Positions 40,529-51,485 of a stretch of DNA of 64,000 nt are shown one piece after another. Position numbers and translations under genes: made by a program. Source of the stretch: an uncultured Acidimicrobiia bacterium (GTDB lineage: Bacteria > Actinomycetota > Acidimicrobiia > Spongiisociales > UBA5794); assembly GCA_963714055.1 (NCBI GenBank), contig OY970227.1, positions 20,829 through 84,828 on the forward strand, in the 5' to 3' direction. How positions within the stretch are numbered: the stretch's first letter is position 1; the number at the start of each line of letters is the position of its first letter. The notes under the pieces were generated by a model. The model did no database searches. It worked only from the letters and a program-made list of their open reading frames with translations, and was not told the DNA's origin.

Positions 40529-43500
40529 GGGTCGTCTCCTCGGAACAGGCGACTCAACGCCACGATCATCTCCGGCGGGGGCGCCCAGCGGGAGACGCCG
40601 CACCGCTCGCCGTCGACGATGGGGGCGTCGGCGCCGACCATGCCTCGCACGAACAGGTACATCGAGCCTCCCAGGTGGACCGACGGGTCGTAGCCGGGCA
40701 GCCGCCACTGCAGGTAGCGGTGTAGCGCCACCTGGTAGAGGGTCGCCTGCAGCACGTAGTCGCCTTCGATCATCGCCGTGGCCATCGGCGCCGGGGCCGT
40801 AGTCCTCTGGCCGCGCCGCTGCCCCGACCGTCGGCAGGGCGTTCGACTTGAAGTCCATCACCACGAAGCGCGGGCTGGATGATCCGGGGAGCGCCGCGGT
40901 GAGGTCGATGCTCCCGGTGAGGTAGCCGCGGAACCGGTCCGGGGCGAGGCTCTCGAGATGGGTGGCGTAGGCGCGGAACCGGTCGTCGGGGCGAAGATGG
41001 GCGAGCATCACCGCCCCGATGTCCCGCAAGGTGAGCGCTTCGGAGCCGGTGCGGACCGGCAGCTCGAACGACAGTTCCTTGAGCAGCCGGTGTCGGCCAG
41101 GTCGCGCAGGCGGACGGCGTCGGGCTCCGGGCCGAGCGGGGTGTGGATCGTCGCCACCAACGCCATTACGAGCGACTCGGTGTCGAGATCCGACGGGGCT
41201 CCGATTCGAGCCGTCTCGATGGCTGTGCCCAGCATCGGCCTCCAGGGCGGGGTCGTCGAAGCGGGTCCGTTCCAGGATCTCGTGGACCAGCGTGCCGAAG
41301 CGGGCACCGCGGGGCAGGTCGGCCATGGGCAGCGCCAGCGCCGGAGCCGCCGGCTCGTCGTCGGCGACGTCGACCTCGTCGGTGCGCACCATCTCGTCGG
41401 AGACGTCTGCCGAAGCCGTCAGCGGGTGCTCGGGGGACAGCGAGCTGAACGAGACCCGGCGCCACTCGTGGTCGAGATGGCGGGTGAATCTCGCCCGGTC
41501 CAGGGCGACCGGCTCTCCGCCGACCGGCTGGTATGTGTCGATCGGCGGCGGCTGACGGAGCATCGCCAGTGCGATGGTGCCCTCGCTCGCCACCGGGAGG
41601 AACGCCGGGTCGCGCCCGCCGGCGGTGACCAGACCGGTCGAGCGCGTTCTCCGACGCTTTCTGGGCGTCTCTCGAGCCACCACACCACCAGATGGTGCTC
41701 GGCCCGGGTGAGGGCGACGTAGAGCAGCCGGCTCTCCTCGGCTTCCTCCTCGGCCATCGCCACAGCGACGTGGTCGGCGAAATCGGGGGACTCATCACCG
41801 CCGACGTCGATGAGGCGGCGCCGGGGCCCGGTGCCGGCCACGTGCGATGGGTCGTGGAACACCGGGATCTGCGGCTTCTGTGCCCAGCGATCCCAGCGTG
41901 AACGGCACCAGCACCACCGGCCACTGAAGGCCCTTGGCACCGTGGATGGTCTGCACGGTGACGGCGGCGGCGTCGGTCTCGAGGCGGCGCTGGCGGGCCT
42001 CCGGCTCCTCCAGGTTGTCTTCGGCGCGCTTGCGAGCCTCACTGATCGCCGCCTCCAACCAGGTCGGCAGTGACCCCATGCGGCCTCGTCGCCACACTGC
42101 GTGCATCTCCTCGGCGATGTGGGTGAGATCGGTCATGGTCCGCTCCCCTTCGGGCTGCGCCAGCACCCGGGCGGCGAGGCCGGTCTCGCGGTCGACGGCG
42201 GCGACCAGCGGTGGCACGCCCTCGCCGACGAGCAGATCGTGCCACCGTCGCATCTTCTCCTGGAGGTCGAGCACCACCTCGTCGGTGAGGGCGGCGACAT
42301 CGGTGAGGGTGTTCCCGACCAGCAGGGTCGTCGCTGCCAGTCGCACGTAGTCGCTGCGCTCCGGGTGCTCAACGGCGAGGAGGAAGCGCCGCCACTCCTC
42401 GGCAGCAGGGGCGGCGAACACCCCACCCGCCCTGGCGGCGACCGACGGGACCCGGCGGCGGTTCAGCTCCTCCCGAACCATGTCGACCTGCTCGCGGGTG
42501 CGGCACAGCACGGCGATGTCGGCCGGGCCGAGCGGACGACCGGCGTCGTCGTCGGCCAAGGTCACCCCTCCGGTCGAGCAGCCGGACGACCTCGGCGGCG
42601 GTATCGGCGGCGACCATGTCACGAGCCGACCCGACGTAGTACGGGGCCCCGGGCTTGGAACGCCTGATGGGGAGGTCCTCGTGGAACCGGCGGATCGACA
42701 GCGGGGCGACACCATGGATGCGCGCCGGTCTCGTGCGCCGGAGCGGCCCGTACCGGGTGGTAGGCGATCCGGTCGTCACCGAAGGTGGCCCCGGTGAACA
42801 GCGTGTCGAGAGCGGTGACCAGCGGGCCGTCGCTTCGGTGGTTGACGTCGAGGGTGCGCCGGGCGTCGGCTCCCTCCACGGCGGCGAGATAGGACTCGAC
42901 GTCGGCACCGCGGAAGCTGTAGATCGACTGCTTGGGGTCGCCGATGACCACCAGCCGCGAGCGGGTCGAACACCGCCCGGATCACGTCCCACTGGATCGG
43001 GTCGGTGTCCTGCGCCTCGTCGACGAGGGCGACCGAGTAGCGGCGGTGCAATAGCGCCCTGGCGGCGGCGCCGATCTCCGGGTCGGCAAGGGCGTCACCC
43101 ACCTCGACCAGGCCGTCGTCCCAGGTGCCGGTCCCCGCCCGCGTCATTCGTCGCCGCAGCTCGGCCTGCGTCGGCGTAGGCCATCTCGACCCGGGTTCGC
43201 GCCGAGCCGGTCACCTCGGCTGCGTCGGGCACGATGCGGGCGTCCGGCACGGCCATGACGGCGCGGCCCAGCGCGGCGACGACCTTCGGCCCGAGGAGGC
43301 CGGAGGCGTCATCGGCGAAACGGCCGACGACCAGGTCACCGGCCACCTGGGCGAGCAGCGTTTCGTCGATCTCGTCGGGCTCCAGGTCGGGGGAGAGGCG
43401 TGCCCGCAGCCCGAGCTGGGCGAGGAGCCGGGCGGCGAAACCGTGGATGGTGAAGATCTGGGCCCGGTCGAAGCGGGTGACGGCGACCGCGATGCGGCCG

Positions 43501-43811
43501 GCGAAGGTGTCGCGGTCGGCCGGGCCGGCGGCGAGCAGCGCAGCGAGGGCGGCGTCGCCGTGGTCGGCGACGCCGCCGCCGAGCGCCTTCGCCGTGTCCA
43601 CCAGGCGACGCCGCACCCGGTGGCGCAGCTCGGCGGTGGCCGCCATGGTGAAGGTGACCACCAGGATCTCCTCGAGGTCGAGGCCCTCGACGGCGACCAG
43701 CCGGGTGAGTTCGGCGGCGATGGTGAACGTCTTGCCGGTGCCGGCGCTGGCCTCGACGACGGTGCGCCCCGGTCCGAGCGGCTCGACCGGGTCGTAGGGC
43801 CGTGGGGTCAC
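40525..43811 (-). pseudogene. recB: Exodeoxyribonuclease V beta subunit RecB, about 10 frameshifts as assembled
   Basis: Helicase and nuclease motifs are all present but spread over 3 frames: EASAGTGKTFTI, VALVDEAQDTDPIQW, VIGDPKQSIYSFRGAD, TIHGAKGLQWPVV, LLYVALTRA, VMDFKSN, YVLQATLYQVALHRYL. Frame switches are near 43168, 42960, 42720, 42570, 41900, 41690, 41640, 41235, 41090 and 40800. No in-frame stops occur inside the conserved segments. Confidence 0.85.
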
Positions 43812-46800
43812 AACGTCTTCTCACTCGTGATGGCGATGATCGGCTCCCAGAGCCGGGCGGCGTACTCGGCGAATTCGGTCTCGAGGAGGGCGTCCAGGTC
43901 GCGATGGGCGAGCAGCACCGAATGCGCCCCGTCGTCCTTCTCGCCGAAGCGGCCCGCCCAGGCGTCCTTGGCGTCCGCGATGGCGCGGTTGCGGTTGTTG
44001 TTGACCCGTCGTTGCCAGATGTAGCGCGGTCTCACACGGGATGGGCAGCGGGGCACCGTGTCCCTCGTCGTACAGGGCGACCAGGTCGGTGATGAGGCGA
44101 AGTGCGTGGTCTCCCCTGTCAGCCGTGGTGTCCCCGAGGGCACCCATGGTGACCGCCTTGTGGCCGACGCCGTCAGCCCTGCCGAGGAGCACGGCCGTCC
44201 AGGCGATCTTCGGCTCGATGGCGGTGAGGAACGCCAGCTCGACGAACGCCCGCAACCGCGGCTTCCCCTCAGGCGCGACGGGGTGACCGTGACGATCTGT
44301 GCCCGGTCGACGTCGGCGAGGACGCTTCCTTCGACGACGCGGTCTCCGATCTTCAGTGAGCCGGGCCACGGCCGCTGGCGCTCCGGGGCGTAGCCCCGGT
44401 CGCCGGCGGCGTCCCACAGGCTCCGGGCGGCGTCGACGGATGCGGCGAGGTCGTCGGCACCGAGCTCGCCGGCCGGCAGTGCGCCGCTGTGGCGCTCCCG
44501 GGCGGCGACGGCGTCGAGGTCGTAGCCGGCGAGGAGGCCGGTGAGGATCCGGTTGGTGACCGCCCAGGCGGCGAGGCTCGTCAGGTCGGCAGGGAGCGTG
44601 TCGTCCGGCACCTCACCGCGCTTGGGTATCGAGAAGCCGAGGCGGGCCTTGGCGAACCGGCCCGTCGGATGCTGCAGAAAGGCGATGAGATCGTGGAGCT
44701 CGATCACCGGCTGGGGGTCGACCGCCGGCCAAGCCGCCGGCGCCGGCGACGCAGGGACGTGGCGGCCCTGGGCGGCGAAGGCGCCGGCGAATTGCATCGG
44801 ATCGAAGCCCCACGGCCCGGCGAGGCCGAGTTGGGACCCCATGAAGTTCCTGGCGGCGAAGGATTGCAGTGGGTGTTCGGTGACGATCGAAGCCATCGCC
44901 TCGTCGCCGACCATCGCCGCCACGGTGTCGACCAATTCGGCGATGGGGACCGACGCCGGGTAGGCGGCGTTGGTGAGCTGGTCGTGGCCCGAGTAGGTGA
45001 CGACCAGGTGGTCCCCGGCGGCCATCACGGCATCCAGCAGTAGCTGGCGGTCCTCGCTGCCCCGGTCGTGGTCGCCGACCATCTCGTGGTCGATCAGCAG
45101 ATCGTCGCCGTCGCCGCGGCTCGACCGTGGGAAGCGATCGTCGTCCATGCCGAGCAGGCAGACCACACGGTACGGCACCGACCGCATCGGCAACAGGGTG
45201 CAGACGGTGACGTCGCCGGTGCGGAAGTGGAGCGGGCTGGGCCGGTCGTCCAGCCAGGAGGCGGCGGCACGCCCGGCCTCGGCGAGACCGATCAGCGGGT
45301 CGGGGCCGGACGCCGCAGGGGCAAGGCCAGATTCTGCCGGAGCGGGGAACGTCTCGGCGAGCAGCCGCTTCAACTGGACCCACTGCCACTCCTCGTCCCA
45401 ACCCGGAGCTGCGAGGAGACGGACAGCAGTTGCGATGGTCGCCGCCCAGGCGGACATCGGCTGGGGGTCGCCGAGCATTCCACGGATGGCGGCGATCCGG
45501 TCGATCAGCGCGGCGAGCAAACCGACCGGAGTGGCGTCCTGGCCCTCCACCCCGTCGAGTGGGGCGACACCGGCGACCACCCGCACCGGGCTGTCGGAGT
45601 AGAACACCCCGGTCAGCGCCCGGTCCAGGGCCTGCCGCCAGGTGCGGTCGGGGTTGGTACCGGCACCCCACTGCTCCCGGTCGGCGCCGTCGATGCCCCA
45701 GGCGACGGCGGTGTCGTCGATGACGTTGACGATCTCGTTCGGCCACCTCGGCATCGAAGCCGAACCTCTGCTGAACCGCCGGTTGGGTCACCAGCTCGCG
45801 GAGGGCGCTCGCCTCCAGCCTCGAGTCGGCGAGCTCGAGGACGGTGGCGGCGAAGCGCACCAACGGGTTGGTGGCGGCCGGGGAACGGTCGGCGATGCGC
45901 ACCCGCAGGTCGGGCAAGGCATCGTCGACGGGATGTCGGGTGCCGGCGGGGAAGGCCGCTTCGATCAGCGGGGCGAAGGTGGCGAGGTCAGGGCTCATGA
46001 CGACCACGTCGCGAGCCTCGAGCGTGGGGTCGGCGGCGAGGAGGTGGAGGATGGCGTCACGGAGGACCTCGACCTGGCGACGGGGCCCGTGGCACACGTG
46101 CACCTGGATGGAGCGGTCGTCACCACTCGCCACGCCGGCGGAGACGGCGTCATCGAGGGTCGCCGGCCGATTGGCGCGGATGTCGTGTTGCAGGCGGTGA
46201 AGCAGCGTCGTGTCTGGTGCCAGGTCACCGGGGGGCGGCTCACCGGTCACGCCCTGGTGGCCGAGCACAACCTGGAGCTCGCGTGAGTCCTGGCCCCACG
46301 AGCGGAGCATCGCATGGTCGGGCAGCGCCGTGGTGGTGTCCTCGCCGCGGGGCAGCTGCCGGCGACCCGGTCCGATCAGCTCGGCGCACGACCGCCACAG
46401 CGCCGGGGACGGGTGGAGCACGTAGAGATGGACGTCGCGGTGGGCAGCGACGGCATTCGAGCACATCGAGGTCGAGTGGGTCGACGGCAGTGAGCCCGTA
46501 GACCTCCAGGCGCGCCGGCAGGTCGAGGACGACGTCGTCCGACCGGATGGGGCCGAGGCCTTCGGGAAGCACCTCGGGGAGCGAGGGCACGCCGATCCGC
46601 TCCCGGACCGCGCCCCAGAGACGAGCCTGCCACGCGGAATCTTCGGGGAGCGGGCCTCCGTCGGGGTCGACGAAACGTCCCGAGGCCCAGGCGCTGATCA
46701 TCGCCGGCCGGCGGCGGGCGTAGCCGTCGAACAGGCGGGCGACCTTGCGGGCGACCGACAGCCGGTCCGGTGTCGATGCCAAGTCGCCGCCGGGGCCGGC

Positions 46801-47166
46801 CAGGTGGCGGGCGATCAGCCGCATCCACGGCTCGTCGACGTGGGTGTCGATCGCCTCTACCAATGCCGCGATGAGCGCGGTGCGTTCCCAAGCCTCCGAC
46901 GAAGCGGCCAGGTGGGCAACCGACCGCAGCACGTCGTTGACCAGGTCATGTGGCGAAGGGAAGCGGACGTTGGCGCAGATCCCGTCGCCCGCTCCGCGCG
47001 TCCCGAGCTCGGAGGCGATCCGCTGGGTCAGCCACCGCTCGATGCCGCGGGTCGGCACCGCCACCAGCTCGGTTGCGAACGGGTCGTCGAGAGGCGTCGC
47101 CAGCAGGTCGCACAACTGCCCGACGAGCACATCGGGGTGAGCGGCGACGTGAACCGATATCGTCAT
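43808..47166 (-). pseudogene. recC: Exodeoxyribonuclease V gamma subunit RecC, about 4 frameshifts as assembled
   Basis: ATG 47166 (MTISVHVAAHPDVLVGQLCDLLA...). RecC-like segments continue through ORFs 46240..47175, 44613..46466, 43808..45754 and 43821..44417. Frame switches are near 46465, 45750, 44290 and 44030. The stop overlaps the recB GTG. Confidence 0.85.
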
Positions 47167-47349
47167 CCGCCACACCCCGCCGAGAGGTCGTTCTCCGTCA
47201 TCCGTCCCGCACCGCCCACGACTGGAACCTATCAGCCGCCTGTGACACGTTGATCGCTCGGCGCCTGGCCCGGGAAGCAGTCAGGCCGACGGCCCCCTGC
47301 ACGGGCACCACCCTGCGAACCGCCAACCATGCGGCTTGAATCGTCGGCG

Positions 47350-48033
47350 ATGGGAACGAGCCCGACGCCCGCGGTCCTGCTGTTCGACGTCAACGAGACC
47401 CTCCTCGACCTCGACGCCCTGCGGCCCGGGATCGCGGCTGCGGCCGGTGGGAGCGACGTGACGGGGGAGTGGTTCGCCCGGTTGCTCCACGGTTCATTGG
47501 TGGCCAACCATCTCGGTCGGTACCGCCCATTCGGCGAGATCGCCATCGAGGCGCTGCAGTCGGTGGCGGCTCGCCATGGGGTCGACCTCGATGCGGCGGC
47601 CGCCGCGGCCGTGATGACCGGGATGGCATCGCTCCCGGCTCACCCCGACGTGGTACCGGCGCTCGACCGGCTACGCCGCGCCGGGTTGCGCATGGCGGCG
47701 CTGACCAACGGCTCTGCCGGCATCGTGGCGATGCAGCTCGACGGCCCCGGGCTCGCCGGCTACTTCGAGCAGGCGATCTCCGTCGACGAGGTGCGTCGCT
47801 TCAAGCCCGCCCCAGAGGTGTACCTGGCGGCGGCGTTGCGACTCGACGTCGCAGTCGACCGAGTGATGATGGTCGCCGCCCATGACTGGGACGTCCTCGG
47901 GGCGCAGAGCATCGGCATGCAGGGAGCGTTCGTGGCCCGACCTGGGACGCGGTGGGGTCCGGTCGACCGCAGTCCCGACCTCAGTGTCCCGGACCTGGGG
48001 GTCCTCGCCGACCTGCTGCTGGCAGAGACCTGA
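47350..48033 (+). CDS. HAD-superfamily hydrolase, haloacid dehalogenase type II-like
   Basis: VLLFDVNETLLDL (DxNxT variant of HAD motif I), ALTNGS, FKPAPEVY, MVAAHDWDVLGA. The start is ATG 47350 or ATG 47329. Confidence 0.85.
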   Translation: MGTSPTPAVLLFDVNETLLDLDALRPGIAAAAGGSDVTGEWFARLLHGSLVANHLGRYRPFGEIAIEALQSVAARHGVDLDAAAAAAVMTGMASLPAHPDVVPALDRLRRAGLRMAALTNGSAGIVAMQLDGPGLAGYFEQAISVDEVRRFKPAPEVYLAAALRLDVAVDRVMMVAAHDWDVLGAQSIGMQGAFVARPGTRWGPVDRSPDLSVPDLGVLADLLLAET

Positions 48034-48621
48034 TGACGCCGACGTGGGCAGGCGTCGATGTCGGAGGCAGTCGCAAGGGCTTCGACGCCGTCGTCCTGGT
48101 CGGGTCCAGGTTCGAGGCGCACCGGCGCAACGGCGATCCGGCGGACGTGGCGTCCTGGCTGGCCGGCTACCGGCCGACGATCGTCGCTGTCGACAGCCCG
48201 AGGACGCCGGCGGAGGATGGCCGGCTGTCGAGGCAGTGCGAGCGGGACTTCGCCCACGCGGGAATCTGCGGCATCCGGTTCACCCCGGACCGCAGCACGT
48301 TGGACGCCCGGGTCGGCAACTACTACCAGTGGATCGAGAACGGCTTCGCCCTCTACGACGAACTGGCGAGCCTCGGCCTGGACGTGATCGAGTGCTTTCC
48401 GACCGCGTCGTGGACGCGGTGGGCCGGCCCCCGGTCACCCCGGCGCCGTTCGACGTGGAGCAGGGCGGCACTCGGCGACCTCGGGGTCTCCGGAATCCCC
48501 GAACGCACCAACCAGGACCTGCGCGACGCCATCGCCGCCGCGATGACCGCCCGGCAACACTGCGGAGGGAAGGACCGAGAGCTTCGGCGACCTCGTCGTC
48601 CCGTTGGTCGCAGCGAGATGA
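48033..48621 (+). pseudogene. DUF429 (predicted RNase H-fold) protein, one frameshift as assembled
   Basis: ATG 48033 shares one base with the upstream TGA (TGATG). MTPTWAGVDVGGSRKGFDAVVL...IVAVDSPR...NQDLRDAIAAAMTARQH. A family-typical end SFGDLVVPLVAAR* appears in the +1 frame after about 48574-48578. Confidence 0.65.
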
Positions 48622-48711
48622 CGATGCGGAGGGCCCGCGCAGCGCTCTCGAGGTTTGCCGGTCGGCGGCAGGGGGAAACAGAGACCGGACATCCATGGGA
48701 GGAGGGCCGAG

Positions 48712-49056
48712 GTGCCGCAGAAGGCATGGAGCGCCAAGCGGGAGCGGCAGTACCAGCACATCAAGGAGAGCCTGCGTGAGCAAGGTCGCTCCAAGGACAC
48801 CGCCGAGGAGATCGCCGCCAGGACCGTCAACAAGGAAAGAGCCAGGGCCGGCGAGGCCGAGGAGAGCTCACGGCTGTCCCGGGAAGACATCTCCTCCGGC
48901 AGGCGGGGCGGTCTCCGGTCGCGCAGCGGGCCGCGAGGACGGACCCGCGACCAGCTCTACGAGGAGGCCAAGGACATGAACATCCCCGGCCGGTCGAAGA
49001 TGAACAAGGAGCAGCTGCGTCGCGCCGTGAATCGACGGTCCGGCCGGCGTGGTTGA
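48712..49056 (+). CDS. Small basic protein with C-terminal Rho_N (SAP-like) domain
   Basis: GTG 48712, 5 nt after GGGAGGAGGG. PQKAWSAKRERQYQHIKESLREQGRSKDTAEEIAARTVNKERA; the C-terminus LYEEAKDMNIPGRSKMNKEQLRRAV matches the Rho termination factor N-terminal domain pattern. Confidence 0.7.
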   Translation: MPQKAWSAKRERQYQHIKESLREQGRSKDTAEEIAARTVNKERARAGEAEESSRLSREDISSGRRGGLRSRSGPRGRTRDQLYEEAKDMNIPGRSKMNKEQLRRAVNRRSGRRG

Positions 49057-49074
49057 TACGGAAGGAGCCGATCG

Positions 49075-49158
49075 ATGAACAGGAACATGACCATTGCCCT
49101 GGCGCTGCTCGCCATCGCCGCCCTCACCGCCTGGTTCGTGCGCAGCCGGAGCGTCTGA
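49075..49158 (+). CDS. Possible 27-aa hydrophobic micropeptide
   Basis: ATG 49075, 7 nt after GGAAGGAG. MNRNMTIALALLAIAALTAWFVRSRSV has one TM-like helix. It is too short for the ORF track. Confidence 0.35.
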   Translation: MNRNMTIALALLAIAALTAWFVRSRSV

Positions 49159-49291
49159 CCGTCAGGCCGGCGACACACGGCTGAACGGCTGCGGGTCTGC
49201 GCCCGCTCGGGCGCAGACCCCTCGGGGAGAGCCCCCGTCTATGGTGTCACCGCTGACGCGGTTCAACCGAGACACCGGAGATGACCCCGAG

Positions 49292-50062
49292 ATGACTACG
49301 CCGACCCTCACCGACGACCAGGTCACCGAGATACTCGCGCTGGCCAAGCACTCCGACACGATCGAGCTGAAGCTGACTGTCGCCGACTCCGACATCCGCT
49401 CGACCGGCAACGCCCTGGGAATGGACCCTCTGGAAGCGGAGATCCGCCAGGTGGTGTTCTTCGATACACCCGCACTCACGCTCAGCGCGGCCGGGGTCGT
49501 CGTGCGGGCGCGCCGCATCCAGGGTGGGACGGGAGACACCGTCGTCAAGCTCCGCCCGGTCGTTCCGGAACAGTTGTCGCCGGAATTGCGCCAGTCGGCG
49601 AGCTTCGGGGTCGAAGTGGATGCCATGCCGGGGGGATATGTCTGCTCGGGCTCGATGAAGGGCTCTTCCAACGCCGCCGACATTCGGCAGGTCATCCTTG
49701 GGGAGCGCCCGATCAAGGACCTGTTCTCCAAGGAGCAGCGTGCCCTGTTCAAGGCGCACGCACCTGAAGGCATCGGCCTCAACGACCTGGCGATCCTCGG
49801 TCCACTCAACCTCTTCAAGCTCAAGTTGACCCCGGAGGACTTCGGTCGGAAGGTGGTCGCCGAGATGTGGTTGTACCCGGACGGGTCGCGCATCTTCGAG
49901 CTGTCGACCAAGTGCAAGCCAAAGGAGGCGTTCCAGGTTTCCGCCGAGGCACGCGCTTACCTGACAGGCCACGGGGTGGATCTCGGCGGCGAGCAGCAGA
50001 CGAAGACGAAGACGGCAATGGAGTACTTCGCCGGGCTGCTCAAGGCCGCCGAGCAGGACTGA
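49292..50062 (+). CDS. CYTH-like (triphosphate tunnel metalloenzyme-like) domain protein, tentative
   Basis: ORF 49094..50062 trimmed to ATG 49292 (49241 is an alternative start). An N-terminal ExExK-like motif TIELKLTV and alternating beta-strand-like pattern. The assignment is by eye only. Confidence 0.55.
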   Translation: MTTPTLTDDQVTEILALAKHSDTIELKLTVADSDIRSTGNALGMDPLEAEIRQVVFFDTPALTLSAAGVVVRARRIQGGTGDTVVKLRPVVPEQLSPELRQSASFGVEVDAMPGGYVCSGSMKGSSNAADIRQVILGERPIKDLFSKEQRALFKAHAPEGIGLNDLAILGPLNLFKLKLTPEDFGRKVVAEMWLYPDGSRIFELSTKCKPKEAFQVSAEARAYLTGHGVDLGGEQQTKTKTAMEYFAGLLKAAEQD

Positions 50063-50074
50063 CCGAAGGCCCGC

Positions 50075-50674
50075 TCACTGGTAGCGGTGACGGAACATCA
50101 GCGCCATCCGGGCACCGGCACCGGCCGCCTTGGGCACGGTGTGTTCCCAGTCACGTTGACAGGACCCACCCATCACCACCAGATCGCCTCTGCCCAGTGA
50201 CCACGACCGCGACCGGCCTCCGCCCCTGGGGCGGATCATGAACCGCCTCGGCTCGCCGAGCGACACGGTGGCGACGATGGCGTGAGGCCGGTCCCGGGCG
50301 ATCCGGTCGCCGTGCCACGCCACCGAATCTCGCCCGTCGCGGTACCAGCCGGCCGACACCTGGTCGAGGTCGATCCCGTACCGGTCAGAGAGCAGGTCGA
50401 CCAGCCCGGGTAGTACGGGATGCATGTCGAGCTCGACCCGGCCCACCAGGCGTGGCGTGCGCACCTCGCGGTCGTACATGCGCACCACCGGCTGCTCCCA
50501 GGCGACCCGCTCGGCCAGCGCGGTGAACAGCGTCTCGTCGCCGGACAGCCACCCGGGTGCCACATCGACCCAGGCGTCGACGTCGAGCCGGACCCGGCCC
50601 AACGAGGCGAACGCCTCGTCCGGGGCGGGGTCGCTCCCCCCGAAGAGAGTGGACTGTGCCAACTGATCGAACAT
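50075..50674 (-). CDS. alkB: Fe(II)/2-oxoglutarate-dependent dioxygenase, AlkB-like
   Basis: WYRDGRDSVAWHGDR (HxD), later WEHTVPK (His) and ALMFRH. ATG 50674; TTG 50692 is an alternative start. Confidence 0.8.
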   Translation of the reverse strand: MFDQLAQSTLFGGSDPAPDEAFASLGRVRLDVDAWVDVAPGWLSGDETLFTALAERVAWEQPVVRMYDREVRTPRLVGRVELDMHPVLPGLVDLLSDRYGIDLDQVSAGWYRDGRDSVAWHGDRIARDRPHAIVATVSLGEPRRFMIRPRGGGRSRSWSLGRGDLVVMGGSCQRDWEHTVPKAAGAGARMALMFRHRYQ

Positions 50675-50716
50675 GTGTTCGTATGCTAGCAATCCGGCGG
50701 GCGAGCGTATACACGT

Positions 50717-51454
50717 CTACGGGTGGTGGAGCAACTCGGTCAGGGCGGCGGCCCGGTCGGGATCTGCCCGGTGGAGACGTCGCTTGCGGAGGTTCTCGGA
50801 GACGATCCACCGGATGTCGGCGTCGGTCGACGTCGCCCAGCGTTCCAGTCTGGCGAAGCCCTCGTCAGGGTCGGCGACGAGTGCCACGCTCCAGCCGTAG
50901 CCGAGCGCCTGGCGGAGCACCCGGAAGGAGTCGTCGGTGCGCTCGGCCGCCGGCAGGGTGCCCAAGTCGGCGGTGATCCCGTCGAGGACGGCGAGCACCT
51001 GGCGGGCCTCCTCGGGCGTCGCCACCAGGAACGGCTCGCACAAGGCGGCGACGGCGGCTCGCCGGACGAGCAGCGACGGGTCCGCCGCCCAGGTCGACGC
51101 CACGTCGAGTGCACGGCGGCGATCGGACCTTCCCAGCAGCTGGAGCGCCATCGCCGCCGCCTCCCGCACCCGCCAGCGCCGGTCGACCGCCTGGATCCGG
51201 AGCTCCGCCTCGGCACCGGGGTCGCCCGAGGAGAGCAGCCGGCCGAGCCCGACCGTCCCACAGGCGGCGAGGAACTCGTCATCGCTCGTGGCGTACCGGC
51301 GAACCCGGTCAACGGAGGCCTCCTCGGCGACCGCCCAGATCAGCTCGAGGTTGGCGCGCGGGCCGGGGAGCCCGGAGCGCTCGGTGAGGAAGCGGTCCCA
51401 CTCACCCGGTGGCAGGTCGGCGAGCGCCTCCCGGTACTCGTCGATGCGACTCAT
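50717..51454 (-). CDS. HEAT-repeat protein, DNA alkylation repair enzyme-like
   Basis: ATG 51454 (MSRIDEYREALADLPPGEWDRFL...). Repeated helical HEAT-like units (RVREAAAMALQLL, VRRAAVAALCEP). Adjacent to alkB. Confidence 0.6.
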   Translation of the reverse strand: MSRIDEYREALADLPPGEWDRFLTERSGLPGPRANLELIWAVAEEASVDRVRRYATSDDEFLAACGTVGLGRLLSSGDPGAEAELRIQAVDRRWRVREAAAMALQLLGRSDRRRALDVASTWAADPSLLVRRAAVAALCEPFLVATPEEARQVLAVLDGITADLGTLPAAERTDDSFRVLRQALGYGWSVALVADPDEGFARLERWATSTDADIRWIVSENLRKRRLHRADPDRAAALTELLHHP

Positions 51455-51485
51455 CGCGCACGGCCGGGAACCCCGACGCCGACGA

